The notes beneath the pieces were generated by a model, which was not told the DNA's origin, made no database searches, and was given only the letters and a program-made list of their open reading frames with translations. Of a stretch of DNA of 64,000 nt, positions 12,531 through 24,915 are shown piece by piece. Source of the stretch: Carcharhinus amblyrhynchos (lineage: Eukaryota). The stretch is taken from assembly GCA_965287045.1 (NCBI GenBank), contig OZ336870.1, forward strand, positions 121,768,001-121,832,000, read 5' to 3'. Position 1 is the first letter of the stretch. Each line of letters starts with the position of its first letter. The translations under genes and the position numbers were made by a program.

Positions 12531-14810
12531 ATGCACTGATGCATCGATGGGAATCCTTTTGCTTTTCTCTGACTGCATCCTAGTCTCCCCCTATGTCAGC
12601 TTCGACCTTCCCCCCATCACCATGGATGCTCCCGACCTCTTTTCATTCAAATTTGACCTTCCCTCTTCAGCTCCCAGCATCCCTTAGTTACTTATACCGT
12701 GAAGCATCTCAGCCTATTCTCACCTCTTGTAGTAAACTTTCCCATCAATATATGTTGAGTGTTTGTGAGTTAAAATTAATAATAAAATGCCAGCCCAATG
12801 ACACTATTTTACTCTTTGGAACATTTCTGTCAGGGTGCCTTAACACCCCAAGTTCCGTATTGGTACATTTAACTTCATTAAATGTACAGTGTAAATTCAG
12901 AGTCCAGCTCCAGCTTGGCTTGGGAGGGAAGCAGGAAGAGATAACCTGGAGAGGGTAGTCTCACACCACTACAATTTGGCAGAGTACATAATGTAAATTG
13001 AGGATGGTGTTAATACAGGTCACAAAGTACTCTAGGGATCTTATTTTTTACGTCCACATGACATTAACCACATATCAAGTGAGCAGACATTCTCCACTGC
13101 ACACTCTCAGTATTAAAATATTTGGAGAGAGCTCACAGCATGCATTTCTCCAGGCATATACAGAGTTTTATTTTAGGCAGCATGGTATCTGCAATCTGAT
13201 GGGAGCCAAGCATTGTAAACAGGATTCTACCTGACTGGAACCTGAATTTTCAGGATTATGGAATGACGTTAGAATGCCTAATGACGAGTGTGTGAACTGG
13301 AACATACTGTAGATATCAACATTAACCTGAAAAATAACAATAAAAACTATTTCACTTAGCTACATACTGTGTCTTCGATGTTTCCACTCCCAAAGTACTG
13401 CACAAAAGTAATGCCAATTGCTTGGACAGTACACTCCAAATATTCTCGGACAACTAGTGTCTCCGAAAACTAGATTTCCTGGCTGGAGAGGTCACAGAGT
13501 ACTAAAAGGACAATAAAAACAAAAACCTTTGAAACATCACTTAAGGGATTAGAATGTGAGTTAATTCTGTTCCTGCTGGGTTTCCATTGTTATGGGCTGC
13601 TTCCTACAAATAGAGATGGCACTTCTTCCATCCAAACCCCTATCCATCTTTAATCCAGTTTGGAAGTAGGGGATATGTGATGACTGCTGGATGTCAGGTT
13701 TTCCCCAGACATTCAGCTAGTTTCACAACACTGCAGCCATTCCAGAAGGCAGCTTATCACCAGCTTTTGAAGGGCAATTAGGGATGGGCAATAAATGCTG
13801 GACCAGCCAGCAGTGGTCACACCCTTTAAGTAAGTAAGAAAAAACTTATACAGCCGATGTGTGTTTGCATGACGAAGCTATACTTGTGATCCAGGGCTCT
13901 GAGTCCTGAGTTTCCATATGAAATGGCAATCAATTTCAGAGGGATTTACTGCCTTTTTGATATGATCAGATCCACCAAGGAACAGTATTGGAGGAAATTA
14001 AAGTGAGGCATTGGGGCCTAATAGCATTGGGACAGCACTTTATAGAGTGTAATGAGTTCTGAGAAGGGGATTCCAGCGTTTAGGATTAGTTAAAGGTCTC
14101 CTGTGATTCACTGGTTCAGGAAGGTCTGAGAGGACGAGGGAAGCATTTGGGGCAGCAAAAAGGCCGTGGCAGCACAGGGCAGAAAGAATACCATATTCTG
14201 GCTCTCAGCGAGAGGCAGGCCTTGGGGAATGTAACCTCACTAATGCATACAAGCAGTAATCACCATCACCAACATTCTTGCACTCCTTCAGATATCTGAA
14301 TCCCATCCTGAAGTTACTAATACTGTAGTTACTGGGAGGATGTAGTCAACTAAATATAAGTAATTACTAAAATCAACTCCAGTCCGGGATTTGACTGACA
14401 GTCTAGGAATACAAAGCAGGGTCCAACAACAGGTTGTGGCAGGTCACATTGGAGCAGAAGCAAGAGTCTCAATATATTGGGGAATGCCACTAACTTGAAC
14501 CTCATCATCCTAATGGAAGTTAGACCTCCAAAGGCGTACAATTAGTAGGTACCTTTCCAACAGGAATTGGGCAAGTTTATAGATGTTTGAGTAAGTTATA
14601 TAACTTTTTTATGAAGTTCTGTTACAGATTTTTTTACCCAGCTGAAGGCAGCATGGCAAATGAAAAAAAAACTGATTCTATTTCTTTCCCAAAGCATATC
14701 AAGCAATTTGGTTGGTTCACCCTCTTTCTAAACAAAAACACTATTTGACTGAATGAAACTAGAAAATTTTCAGTCAGTCAATCAGAATTCTTGCTTTTTT
14801 TGAATATATG

Positions 14811-15165
14811 AGGTGGCATGGTGGCACAGTTGTTAGCACCGCTACCTCACAACTCCGGAGACCTGGGCTCGATTCCCAGCTTAGATCACTGTCTGTGTGG
14901 AGTTTGCACGTTCTTCCCTTGTCTGCGTGGGTTTTCTCTGGGTGCTCCGGTTTCCTCCCACAGTACAAAGACGTGCAGGTTAGGTTGATTGGCCATCCAA
15001 AATTAACCATTAGTGTCCTGGGTGTGTATGTTAGAGGGATTAGCAGTGTAAATATGTGAGGTTGCAGGTATAGGACCTGGGTGGGATTGTTGACGGTATA
15101 GACTCAATGGGCCAAATGGCTTCCTCCTGCTCTGTAGGGTTTCTATGATTCTCTGATTTCTATGA
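14811..15165 (+). mobile_element. HE1-type SINE, full length
   Basis: GGTGGCACAGTTGTTAGCACC...GGGCTCGATTCCC head, core, CR1 tail ending TTTCTATGATTCTCTGATTTCTATGA. Confidence 0.9.
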
Positions 15166-15961
15166 TAATCTGAGCATAAATGCATACTTTGAAATGTAGA
15201 AGATTTTCTTTTTGTTTCCTTATGACAGAATTGTAGCACACATATAGGCCAATTCTCAATGTCATGAATTTTTGGAAGGCAAAGACTTTTTCAAGGGAAG
15301 GAACATGTTCTGTGTAACATCTATAAATAAGACTCAGTGTTTGTTAGTTCAGGTTGATCAGTTTGAAGTGTGTTTCTGTTGTTGGACAGTGCCTGTTGCA
15401 TGCAGAGTCATGTGGGAGGACTGAACTAATATGCTGCAAACATGGCTCCCCAAGGTTGATGACAACAGTGCAATGGGGGAGGCTGGTGGAATACAAAAAC
15501 AGCAGGGGATAAAGAGAGCCCAACAACAAAGTTACCACAGCTGGACAGATTGCTTGACCAGATTGGAATGAAAACATTTCAGAAAATCTGTCAGATGAAT
15601 TAAAAGAATGCATTAACATTGATTCTATGGATGAGGCTAACGATAATACATTTATACTTTCCAGAGCTTCTTTACAATTTGGCCAGAATTTTTCAGGCCC
15701 TTGTGGTGTTGGGGTCTTCTGCTCCCTTGTGTTTTTGAGACTACAATGGCTCAGCAGTGTGACAGTAGGTTTCTGCATTGAAATCTCTATTCACATTGGA
15801 AGATCACAATGGCATGAAGGACTCCATTGAGCCACTACACAAACATGGACTCAAGGAAGGAGCAGTTATGACGTTGCTCCAGTACTTCCATTTTAACCAA
15901 GGACTTTGTTATGGAACATGATTGTATTTGGGAGGCTGTTTTCTTCAACATAGATCAATAG

Positions 15962-16835
15962 ATCAATTCCCCGCCAATTCAATTTTCAAGTTTGCTGACA
16001 ACACCACCATAGTGGGTTGGATCTCAAACAATGACAATACAGAGTACAGGAATGAGATACAGAATCTGGTGAACTGGTGCGGCAACAATAATCGCTCCCT
16101 CAATATCAACAAAACAAAGGAGATTATCATTGACTTCAGGAAGCGTAGTGGAAAATTTGCCCTTGTCTACATCAATGGGGACGAAGTAGAAATGATCAAG
16201 AGCTTCAAGTTTTTAGGTGTCCAGATCACCAACAACCTGTCCTGGATCCTCCATGCTGTCACTATAGTTAAGAAAGCCCACCAATGCCTTTACTATCTCA
16301 GAAGACTAAGGAAATCTGGCATGTCAGCTACGACTCTCACCAATGTTTACAGATGCACCATAGCAAGCATTCTTTCTGGTTGTATCACAGCTTGGTATGG
16401 CTCCTGATCTGCCCAAGACCACAAAGAACTACAAAAGGTCGTGAATGTAGCCGAATCCATCATGCAAACCAGCCTCCCATCCATTGACTCTGTCTACACT
16501 TACCACTGTCTCGGCAAAGCAGTCAGCATAATCAAGGACCCCACGCACCCCGGACATTCTCTCTTCCACCTTCTTCCTTCGGGAAAAAGATACAAAAGTC
16601 TGAGGTTAGGTTCCAACCGACTCAAGAACAGCTTCTTCCCTGCTGCTGTCAAACTTTTGAATGGACTTTCCTTGCATTAAGTTGATCTTTCTCTACACCC
16701 TGACTATGACTGTAACACTACATTTTGCACTCTCTCATTTCCTTCTCTATGATTGGTATGTTTTGTCTGTACTAAAACAATACTTTACACTGTATGTTAG
16801 TACATGTGACAATAATAAATCAAATCAAATCAAAA
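15962..16835 (+). mobile_element. Rex1/Babar-like LINE 3' fragment, relatively well preserved
   Basis: ORF 15922-16407 FKFADNTTIVG...NKTKEIIIDFRK...KKAHQCLYYLRRLRK, continuing past one stop to RLKNSFFPAAVKLLN; (ATCAA)n tail. Confidence 0.9.
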
Positions 16836-17804
16836 TAGATGCTGAAATAACAAACAGACAGACTTCGACAAAACAGAATATAATTTTCCCCAAATATTAT
16901 AGTGCCCGTCAGATATAAACCTGCTTTTCAACTCAGGAGAAAACAGTTACCAGTGAGACTCTCAGATTCCATGACTATGTTCTTGTGACTTGCTCAAAGT
17001 CTTGATAAAATTTGAACTTATGTTCCTCAGTCTGTCTTTACATTGGACATCTTTATCTCAGAGTGAGGCTGTGGGAAATCTGATTCGGTTAAAATTTTGC
17101 AAAAAGAATAAATTGAAATCCTATATTCAACAAGTTCTGTTGCAATAAAGATACTAATTTGACTACGAATGTTTTGCAGGTCTCTAATAGTGCAACATAT
17201 TCTTCTTCTGTTAAAAACTAGATGCAACTTTTAAGCACAGGCCTAGAGATTCAGATGTACTCATTTATTCAACACATGAATCTCTGTCTCTAAGCAATGA
17301 GGCTAGGTCTCACTTATATTGAGCATGTGTTACTTTTGCCCATCCTTCTCTGGCACTCCACATGTATTTCTGCTCCATCTGGCCCAGAAGGAACCAATAA
17401 ACAAAAAATTTAAATCTACATGTTTGGACCTGGATACATCCATGACCAGCTTTCCTGGGCATGTTCGACACTCAGTAAAAGCCTTGTAAACAATGGTTAC
17501 ATTTGCAGCTTGCTCTGAAGACTGTCAACAGACACTGGATTTTGAACATATATGGGTTTACGGCTCCTGAAAACAGCAAGTTTGAAAAGTCAGGCAGTAG
17601 GAGTACACCATAAATGTGGGGAGACAAGTACTGTCCCCTGCTCTCGCCGGATGTTACCTGTTAAAATCAGTGTTGTGGACTGGGTTGGACCTGGGTTTCC
17701 TTTGCAGGACAGACTGGGAAGCTGGGAAATGCAAACTGGAGTTGCTGGAGCACCACCACTGACAGGAATGTGTAATTGCAGAGTGACAAGAAAGGCACTC
17801 TTTG

Positions 17805-17912
17805 TTATATTCTGAAGAAGTCATGTGGACTTGAAATGTTAACTCTGTTTTTCTTTCTCTATAGCTGCTGCCAGACCTGCTGAGCTTATTCAGCATTTTC
17901 TCTATTTATTTC
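17805..17912 (+). mobile_element. Penelope-like pLTR end (second family) with decayed hammerhead motif
   Basis: CTGAAGA-AGTC-ATGTG-GACT-T-GAAA-TGTTAAC then GCTGCCAGACCTGCTGAG...CAGCATTTTC; related pieces at 36720-36820 and 49755-49810. Confidence 0.65.
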
Positions 17913-18059
17913 ATCATATATCTTGAAAAGATATAATGGGGAAAAGTTAGTGAAAATGTATGACAAAAAAATGACAGCACAAATTGAGGCCTTTTAAGCA
18001 GGATGTGCTTAGATGTAAGACTTTTAATAAAACATTTACGAAGATGTCCACCCCACTTA

Positions 18060-18350
18060 TTTCCAGTGGTAAGGTAGCATAGTACTGGGCTGTATTAATC
18101 AGAATGTGCCTTATTTAGCTCCTACTCCTGTAATGAATTCATTGATCTCATTGATGTAAGGGGAAAATCACCCAGGATTCCCATTCCTAATTGCTATCTA
18201 GTGACCCCTGCTGGGAAAAGCATGTTCAGATATTGGGTGAAGAGAAGTATCAATTTTCTCTGTGATGCCCTCTACAAAGAAATATCCGATCACCATTTAG
18301 ATAAGAGTGGCCATTTGGGCAACATAGCAGGAGGCTACAGACAATCAGGA
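18060..18350 (+). repeat. Old unclassified SINE-like repeat (also about 19715-19965 +, 60120-60330 +, 62780-63060 -)
   Basis: Shared segment CCAGGATTCC..TCCTAATTGCTATC.AGTGACCCCTGCTGG...GAGGACAG.ATCAG. Confidence 0.45.
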
Positions 18351-19967
18351 AATCAAATACTGTGTGTACAAAGAAGGATTTGCATCTTTAAAATTGTGTG
18401 GGAAGGAGGGAAATGAAAAGCAGATATTACAAGAAAATTCCATTCAGCCATCTAGCACGTTGGCCATCTAGATCTGTGTGTTTAATCTTCACAAATTATC
18501 TGAACCCTCTGTTCATATTTCATTTGCAATCAGTGGCACCATCTCCGAATCTCACAGTTATGACCTGAAAAAGATACAATATGTTCTTTTTGTTGTCGTA
18601 AGAGGAGGTGACCAATTACATCACCAGCTTAGCAACAATAGAGACTTGATTATAACTTAATATTTACCTAGCGTGTTGCTAACACAGGTCCATATTATTT
18701 TCATAGCATGCAAAAACATTTCAGAGAAATAAAATATGTACTGAGAGTCGTAAATTAAATATGGTGTGCAAGTTTAGCAAATGCAATATTGGTTTGGAGA
18801 GTGGGGGAAAGCGGCCGCCAATAAATGCCCTCTGAAGGGCCCTGTCAAACCTGAATCGTTTGATCATTCCTAATTTGTAACAGATTTAGCTGTCAGTCAT
18901 CTGAAAGCATCAGCTGATGAATGAAAAGACACATTTGGAATTGCTCATGCTTGAAAAGGTTAAACATTTTAGAAAAGACTGAAGGGAGTACTGTATTACA
19001 GTCTTACTGAAACACTGATTCTATTTGATTAAAGTGAGATATTACAGCTACGAGAAAATGTTAGATATTCATTAAGTGGTCCGTGTTGTATGTCCTCCAA
19101 AGGCTGCAGCCGTTTTAAGCTTCATGATGTGGCTAATGTCAGCCTTTTACAACAGATGGCATCTGAAGGCTATCCCTGGCACCTTCCTTCAATAAAATTA
19201 TAACAAGGAATTTGATCAAAGCTCCTTCCGAACCGAAATAGCAAAATGAAACAAAACATAAAGTTCATTTCATTTAACATTCTTCAGTACTGAATGCATT
19301 TACAGTGTTACAAATGTTGGGCAAAATGTTTCGTATGTCGCAATTAATTCTTCCTGGTGGAAAATATCCATCTGGAGTAAAACTCCCCTTAGAAATCCAC
19401 TGTTTGCATTCCAACTGTGAGGTTGTTGTTACCACACTAGAGCTTCTTAATTGGTTTCATTTGGTTATACTATGTTGTCACAGACATAAATAAATGTACT
19501 GCAGAGTGTTCCATACCTCCCATGCTGACAGCAGTGACAACATTATTAGAATTTGGCTAACAGCACCTTTGGAAGCAGCAATATAAGTTCAATCCATTTC
19601 TGTGAATACTGTAATACACTAATGCACATACCAAATCTTCTCAGGCTGGTGGGTAAGTGCTTCACCCTTCATGCTACTGCGCAATAAAAAAAACAGCTCC
19701 TTTCATTTTCTATCTGAATTGGTTAATTTCAGTTGGGCTGCTTTGGACGAAGAAAGGGTGGGGAGTAATTTGTGAAGATTTCTGCTCCCAATTGCTATTC
19801 AATGATTCCGGTCAGAAAGTGCACAAGTGTAAATGAGGACAGAATCAGGTTGCACTGCAATGCTCTGCATAGTCAAATAACTTATCACTTTCTTAACTCA
19901 CACCTGAAGAATGACTGGTTGGGCAAATTGCCAGATGACTTCTGTTACCCAGGAATTTGCACCTTAG

Positions 19968-20278
19968 TGGGGCAGCATGGTGGCACAGTGGTTAACACTC
20001 CTGCCTCACAGCGCCAGGGACCCTGATTCGTTTCTTGACTTTGGTAACTGTGTGGAGTCTGCAAGTTCTCCCCATGTTTGTGCGGGTTTCCTCTGGGTGC
20101 TCTGGTTTCCTCTCACAGTCTGAAAGACATGATGGTTCGGTGCATTGGCAATGCCAAATTCTCTCTCAATGTTCCTGAATAGATGATGGACTGTGGCAAC
20201 TAGGAGATTTTCACAGTATCCTCTGTTAATGTGAGCCTACTTGTGACGCTATTAAATAAATAACTAGATAAATAAATA
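19968..20278 (+). mobile_element. SINE with HE1-like head and core but a non-CR1 tail
   Basis: GGCAGCATGGTGGCACAGTGGTTAACAC head, GGGTTTCCTCTGGGTGCTCTGGTTTCC core, tail AATGTGAGCCTACTTGTGACGCT(ATAA)n. Confidence 0.8.
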
Positions 20279-21547
20279 GTAAGAGTCAATGTTCTTCAGG
20301 AGAGGAAATAAATAGCATATACAATCCATCAACACTGGTCTGGACCATCATTGTTGTAACAGCATTAATTTCCTCCAACATGCCAATCCTTTCCTTGAAG
20401 AACTTAGGCATTACATTATTGCACCCTCATGTGAAGAAATACACTTGTTGTTTGGTGCACTGTAATAGTAGCATGTGGCAGGCAGGTCAAGAAAATTTTA
20501 ATGCAAGCAATGCACAACAGCAGCATCATTATTCACATTCCAATATTCACAATAAAATCACTTTCCACTGTAGCTATTAAAATCAGACTCGTATTTTAGT
20601 TACATGATCCTTTCCCAAGTTATGGAAATAAAAGTGAAGTATTCCAAATTGTCGAATGAATCAATTAATATTACCACTGCTTAACCAGATATGGTATCAC
20701 CATTATTTAACCAGGCTGCAATACAAATCTTGGGAGGCACTAGATTGCTGTGAATGTTCCTATATGTTTTGAGATATATATCCACATGTAGGTCACAATT
20801 CAAACAAACGCGAAAACTTAGTTTTAGTAAAATCCCAAATTCAGGTTGATAAATGGACTGCACTTCTCAAATGAAGTAGACCTGCAGCCATCTAAACAGA
20901 TGTGTTGTTGATATCTGTGAATTAATTAATCTCTTGCTGGCTATTAAAGCAAGCAAAGCTTCCACATTAATTTTCCCAGAAATATATATTCCATGTCATC
21001 TCTGATATAATACAATGTAGTCAGACTGTCAAGTAGGATACCATACAGGTCATAATATTAATATTCTTGTATGTTACTGATAAACATTAAGAATGTATAG
21101 ACCAGAAACAAAATTCAAAAGGGAACAGCATCACTTGGGAGAAAGCACATTTTAATGCAAGTTCTATTTACATGTTAATTGCAGAGGAAAAACTGCCCTT
21201 CAGAGCTAAGGTTTTATCCACTATAATTACAGAGAATATTGACATTACAGAAATCAATTTCATTTCTCAACAAAAACGATAGTAGTGGACTAGACTATAT
21301 CATTAGAACTTCTTTTCAAAGTTGATGGTAAATGAATGATTTTACTGATTCTTTTCTTTTGAATTTGTCTTTAAGTCATTGGATACAATTCTGTCGACAC
21401 AAATCATATTATGTATCTATTTTTTAAATGCACCATACACGTGGCAGTGGAAAGACGATGACTTTCTGGTTTGTTAATTATTTATCTGAAAATAATGTTC
21501 CCATGGCATCATTCTTGTCTTTGAATTCCACAGCAAGTGCAAATCAC

Positions 21548-21945
21548 AAATCAAATTTGCAGATGACACAAAAATAGGTAGAAAGGCAAGAGGGATACAA
21601 ACAGTTTCTGGAGAGATATTTACAGGTTAAGTGAGTGGGCAAAAAGTTGACAAATGGACTATAATGTGGGAAAATGTGACATTGTTCATTTTGGAAGGGA
21701 CAACAAAAGAACAGAATATTAATTAAAAAGGAGAAAAAAACAGCAGGAAGCTGCAACACAAAGGGATTGTGGGGCACTTGTGCAGGAAACATAAAAAGCT
21801 AGCACACAGTGCAGCAGGTAATCAGGAAGGCTAATAGTATGTTGGCCCTTGTTACAAGGGGGTTGGAGTATAAGAGTAGAGAAGTCTTGCTGCAACTGTA
21901 CTGGTGAGACCACATCTGGAGTTCTTTGTTTAAGGAAATATATTG
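21548..21945 (+). mobile_element. CR1 LINE RT fragment
   Basis: SKFADDTKIG, LSEWAK, QVQQVIRKANSML. Confidence 0.8.
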
Positions 21946-22419
21946 GACCGGATCTTGAGCCCATTCTCGTCCTCCACAAGAATGCGAGCAGGGGCTTAAG
22001 ATGTGGTGAAACCCAGAAGTCATAGATCTCACCGGTGAGATTGTGACTTCCGATTTTTGCCACTCCCCACTGTTGATATAATCAGATTCATGCCCACAAT
22101 GGGACAACAGTCATATCTCATGCTTGTTTTCCACAATTATAACATGAAAATAGTGGTAAAGCAGTGATTTAGTGCCAGTTTCAGTTGTACTACAAAACTG
22201 AATCGCCTGTACCAGGAGCTTAGAATTATAATTACATATATGGCAATGTGGCTACCATTGATTATGTTTTGATACCTTTGCCTCTGAATAGACAAGACAG
22301 CATTTACATCACTGAACCAGTGAGCAGGGTATAAATATGACATTTCTGGAATGAGGCACTGAAGATAATTGTTTCAAATTGTAGGGCACAAAACATTTCA
22401 TGATACTTTAACATTATTT

Positions 22420-22622
22420 TAAAAACAACTTGTATTTATATAGCACCTTTAATGTGGCAAACTGTCCCAAACTTCATGGGAACGTAAGTAGACAAAAGAA
22501 ATAACACTGAGCCATAAAAGAAAACAACAATTTTCATTTTGTTTTATATTACTCCTGGGAAGTGCCTTCGGATGTTAGTACTTAATACTTTAAAAGGGCT
22601 TTATAAATACAAGTTGTTGTTG
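22420..22622. repeat. Two oppositely oriented L2/Deu-SINE-type 3' ends
   Basis: ACAACTTGTATTTATATAGCACCTTT (minus) and AAAGGGCTTTATAAATACAAGTTGT (plus). Confidence 0.55.
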
Positions 22623-22649
22623 TAAAGAAAGTGGTTTTAGTGTGTATTG

Positions 22650-23590
22650 GGCCATGGGAAGGAATTCTCCAAACATTTAATGTGTCGTAGTGGTGAGAAT
22701 AATGATGGTGGTCTCTCAGGTGCACTCTGCACCGCAATCCTCCCACACTCAGGCACTTTTTTGGAGAGTTGGGAGTTCTGTGCTGGTGTTGGGGGTAGTG
22801 GGGTGTGCTTGGGAGAGTGGGGTGGGGGTGGTGTGGGAGCTGAACATGCCAGTGAGCCCAGCTTCAGAGCTTTTGGCCATTATTGCGGAAGGGTGGCCCA
22901 AATTAGAGAACACTGTGAGCCGCCGCCCCCCCACTCCCAACGTCTCATCAGCGATATGTTACCCCCACTTGGTTGCTGGCACTGGGGCCTTCCCAATGGG
23001 TCCCAATGCCCACCTCCTGACATATACCTCCATCAGGACCACCGACTAACACCCCCCCTCCCCATCAAGACTGCCTTCATGATCCACCCCTGCATGACTT
23101 TCCCTCCCATCAGACTCTTCCTGCACAGCAGCCCCCAACTCAGATCCCACCCCCTCGGCACTGCCCCTGGTACACTGGGCTGTCCGATGGCCTCTGCCAG
23201 GCACTGCCAATGTGCCAATTAGGCACTGCCAATGTATCAGGCGAGTCCTGCCAGGTGGGCACTGCCTGATTGGCACTGCCTGATTGGCACTGCCTTATAA
23301 AAAAAATGGGCACCACCCAGCCATCACCACCACCCAGGGAGCTCTCCCTCCCCCCAGTGTGATAATTGTGCCAAATCTCCACTAGTGGAAACCAGCAGTG
23401 ATTCTCACCATTACTGCATTACACCTGAAAGCCAGTGAATTCCATGCACTGGGAATGGAATAGCCTATGCACATTTAAATGCTACTTTAAACATGCTAAT
23501 TGGCCTTGCACCCTTTCCAACTCATACATTAAGAAGGGGCCAGGAGACTTGCTAACTGTCTGGCACTGGGTGTGAAACAGATTTTTAGGC
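22650..23590. mobile_element. GC-rich non-autonomous element with a GGCACTGCC repeat array
   Basis: About six GGCACTGCC motifs at 23157-23294; related GC-rich elements at about 30600-31510 and 49880-50310. Confidence 0.45.
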
Positions 23591-24789
23591 TCATGTGGCA
23601 ATCTCTGGGACCAGTGCAAGCTACTAATGCATGTGAGATTGGAGAATCCCGATCCCCTCTCACCATCCTCCCCCCACGCCACCCCTCCGCCCCCCCGCCC
23701 TGCCCCGCCCCACCCCCAACCCCCCTCTCCTCCCCACCCCACCACCACCAATGGTGTTCATTATTTTGAACTGGACCCAATTCTGGGTTTGGCGTGTACT
23801 TTCTTTTCCATTTTGTTAAAGAATATAGAAAGAGAAATTGGACAGAATCTGGGTGCAGTTTTCGAGAGTGTGTGGGGTTACTTTCTGCAGGCATTCTCCA
23901 AATGTTTGCAGTAACTGCAGTGGAAGAACATCAAAAATCCTGGAAATGAATGTAAACAGCACTTGCGCCAATTTTTAATAGAGTTTCCATAGTTCTTCTA
24001 ACTAAGCTCCAACAAAACAGCAGAAACTCAACCTCAATATTTCCACTTCAGATGATTTGGATTGCACAAAAGGGACAAAGTAACCATCTGCTGTGCTGAT
24101 ACAAATGGAATACACGTGAAAAAGCTTCACTGCTGTCATAGCCAAAGAATAACTCATACAAATGGTAGACATTTCTACTACATTTCAGCTGTTTTATTGA
24201 TATATACCATTAAGAAAAAAGACAGGCAACCTTGAGTCAGAAGACAATTTTTTGTGGGAGTCTTGGCTGCATGACCTGTACTGGTGTAAAAGACCAAATG
24301 GTAATGGTCAATAAAAAGAATTACTTGCTATAATGTATAAAGCACAGGTTTACTGGAAGTCTGGCAACGAATGTCTGACAGTAATCCAAGAGGTCAACTG
24401 TTGAAAAGAATTGACCTTTATAGCAACTGAACCCATTGCTGAGATTAGTTCTAAGTCCCTTTATACCACAGGGTTGCCTCTAATGGCAAGAGCACTGCCA
24501 GTAACAACTCAGTATCATAAATGGACTGACACTCTTACTCTCTGAGGCAGTGAAACTTTCTGGGAATGCAGTTTTCACTGCCGCCTGTAAATGAAACTGA
24601 CTCCAGCAGCAAGTATAAACAGCATGTGCTGGCAGCATGTACCAGTTGGCTGTGGGTGGGCTGAATTGTTAGCTCACCTGCACAGACCAATAATTTGTAT
24701 TTTGTGCTATTGAACTTGCATTTGCAGACAGGTGGGACAGTTTTGACAGAATGGAGAGTGTTACAGATCATCTGCTCATTATTTCATGC

Positions 24790-24915
24790 TATTTATGGAA
24801 CGTTGCTGTGTGCAAATTGGCTGTTGTGTTTTCTTCATTAAACTGCAGAAGTGCTTCTGGCTGTAAAGCATTTTAGAATGTCCTGAGGTCATGAAAGGTG
24901 AAGGCAAGCCTTTCT
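24790..24915 (+). mobile_element. Deu-domain SINE (SacSINE1/AmnSINE-like), 3' part
   Basis: TTGCTGTGTGCAAATTGGCTG...GGCTGTAAAGCATTTTAGAATGTCCTGAGGTCATGAAAGGTG. Confidence 0.6.

Noticed and set aside
14811-14885. tRNA-like A/B boxes (also in other SINE heads)
   Set aside because: SINE heads continuous with SINE bodies; no complete cloverleaf, so not tRNA genes
15344-15830. 144-aa minus ORF and acidic plus-strand peptide DWNENISENLSDELKEC
   Set aside because: No recognisable domain or clear splice sites; an in-frame stop precedes the plus peptide
22647-23222. Longest ORF in the track (191 aa)
   Set aside because: Lies in a GC-rich non-autonomous repeat; low-complexity translation, open on both strands, no domain motif
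23157-23294. Spaced GGCACTGCC repeats resembling a CRISPR array
   Set aside because: 9-bp unit, irregular or identical spacers, eukaryotic repeat context, no cas genes
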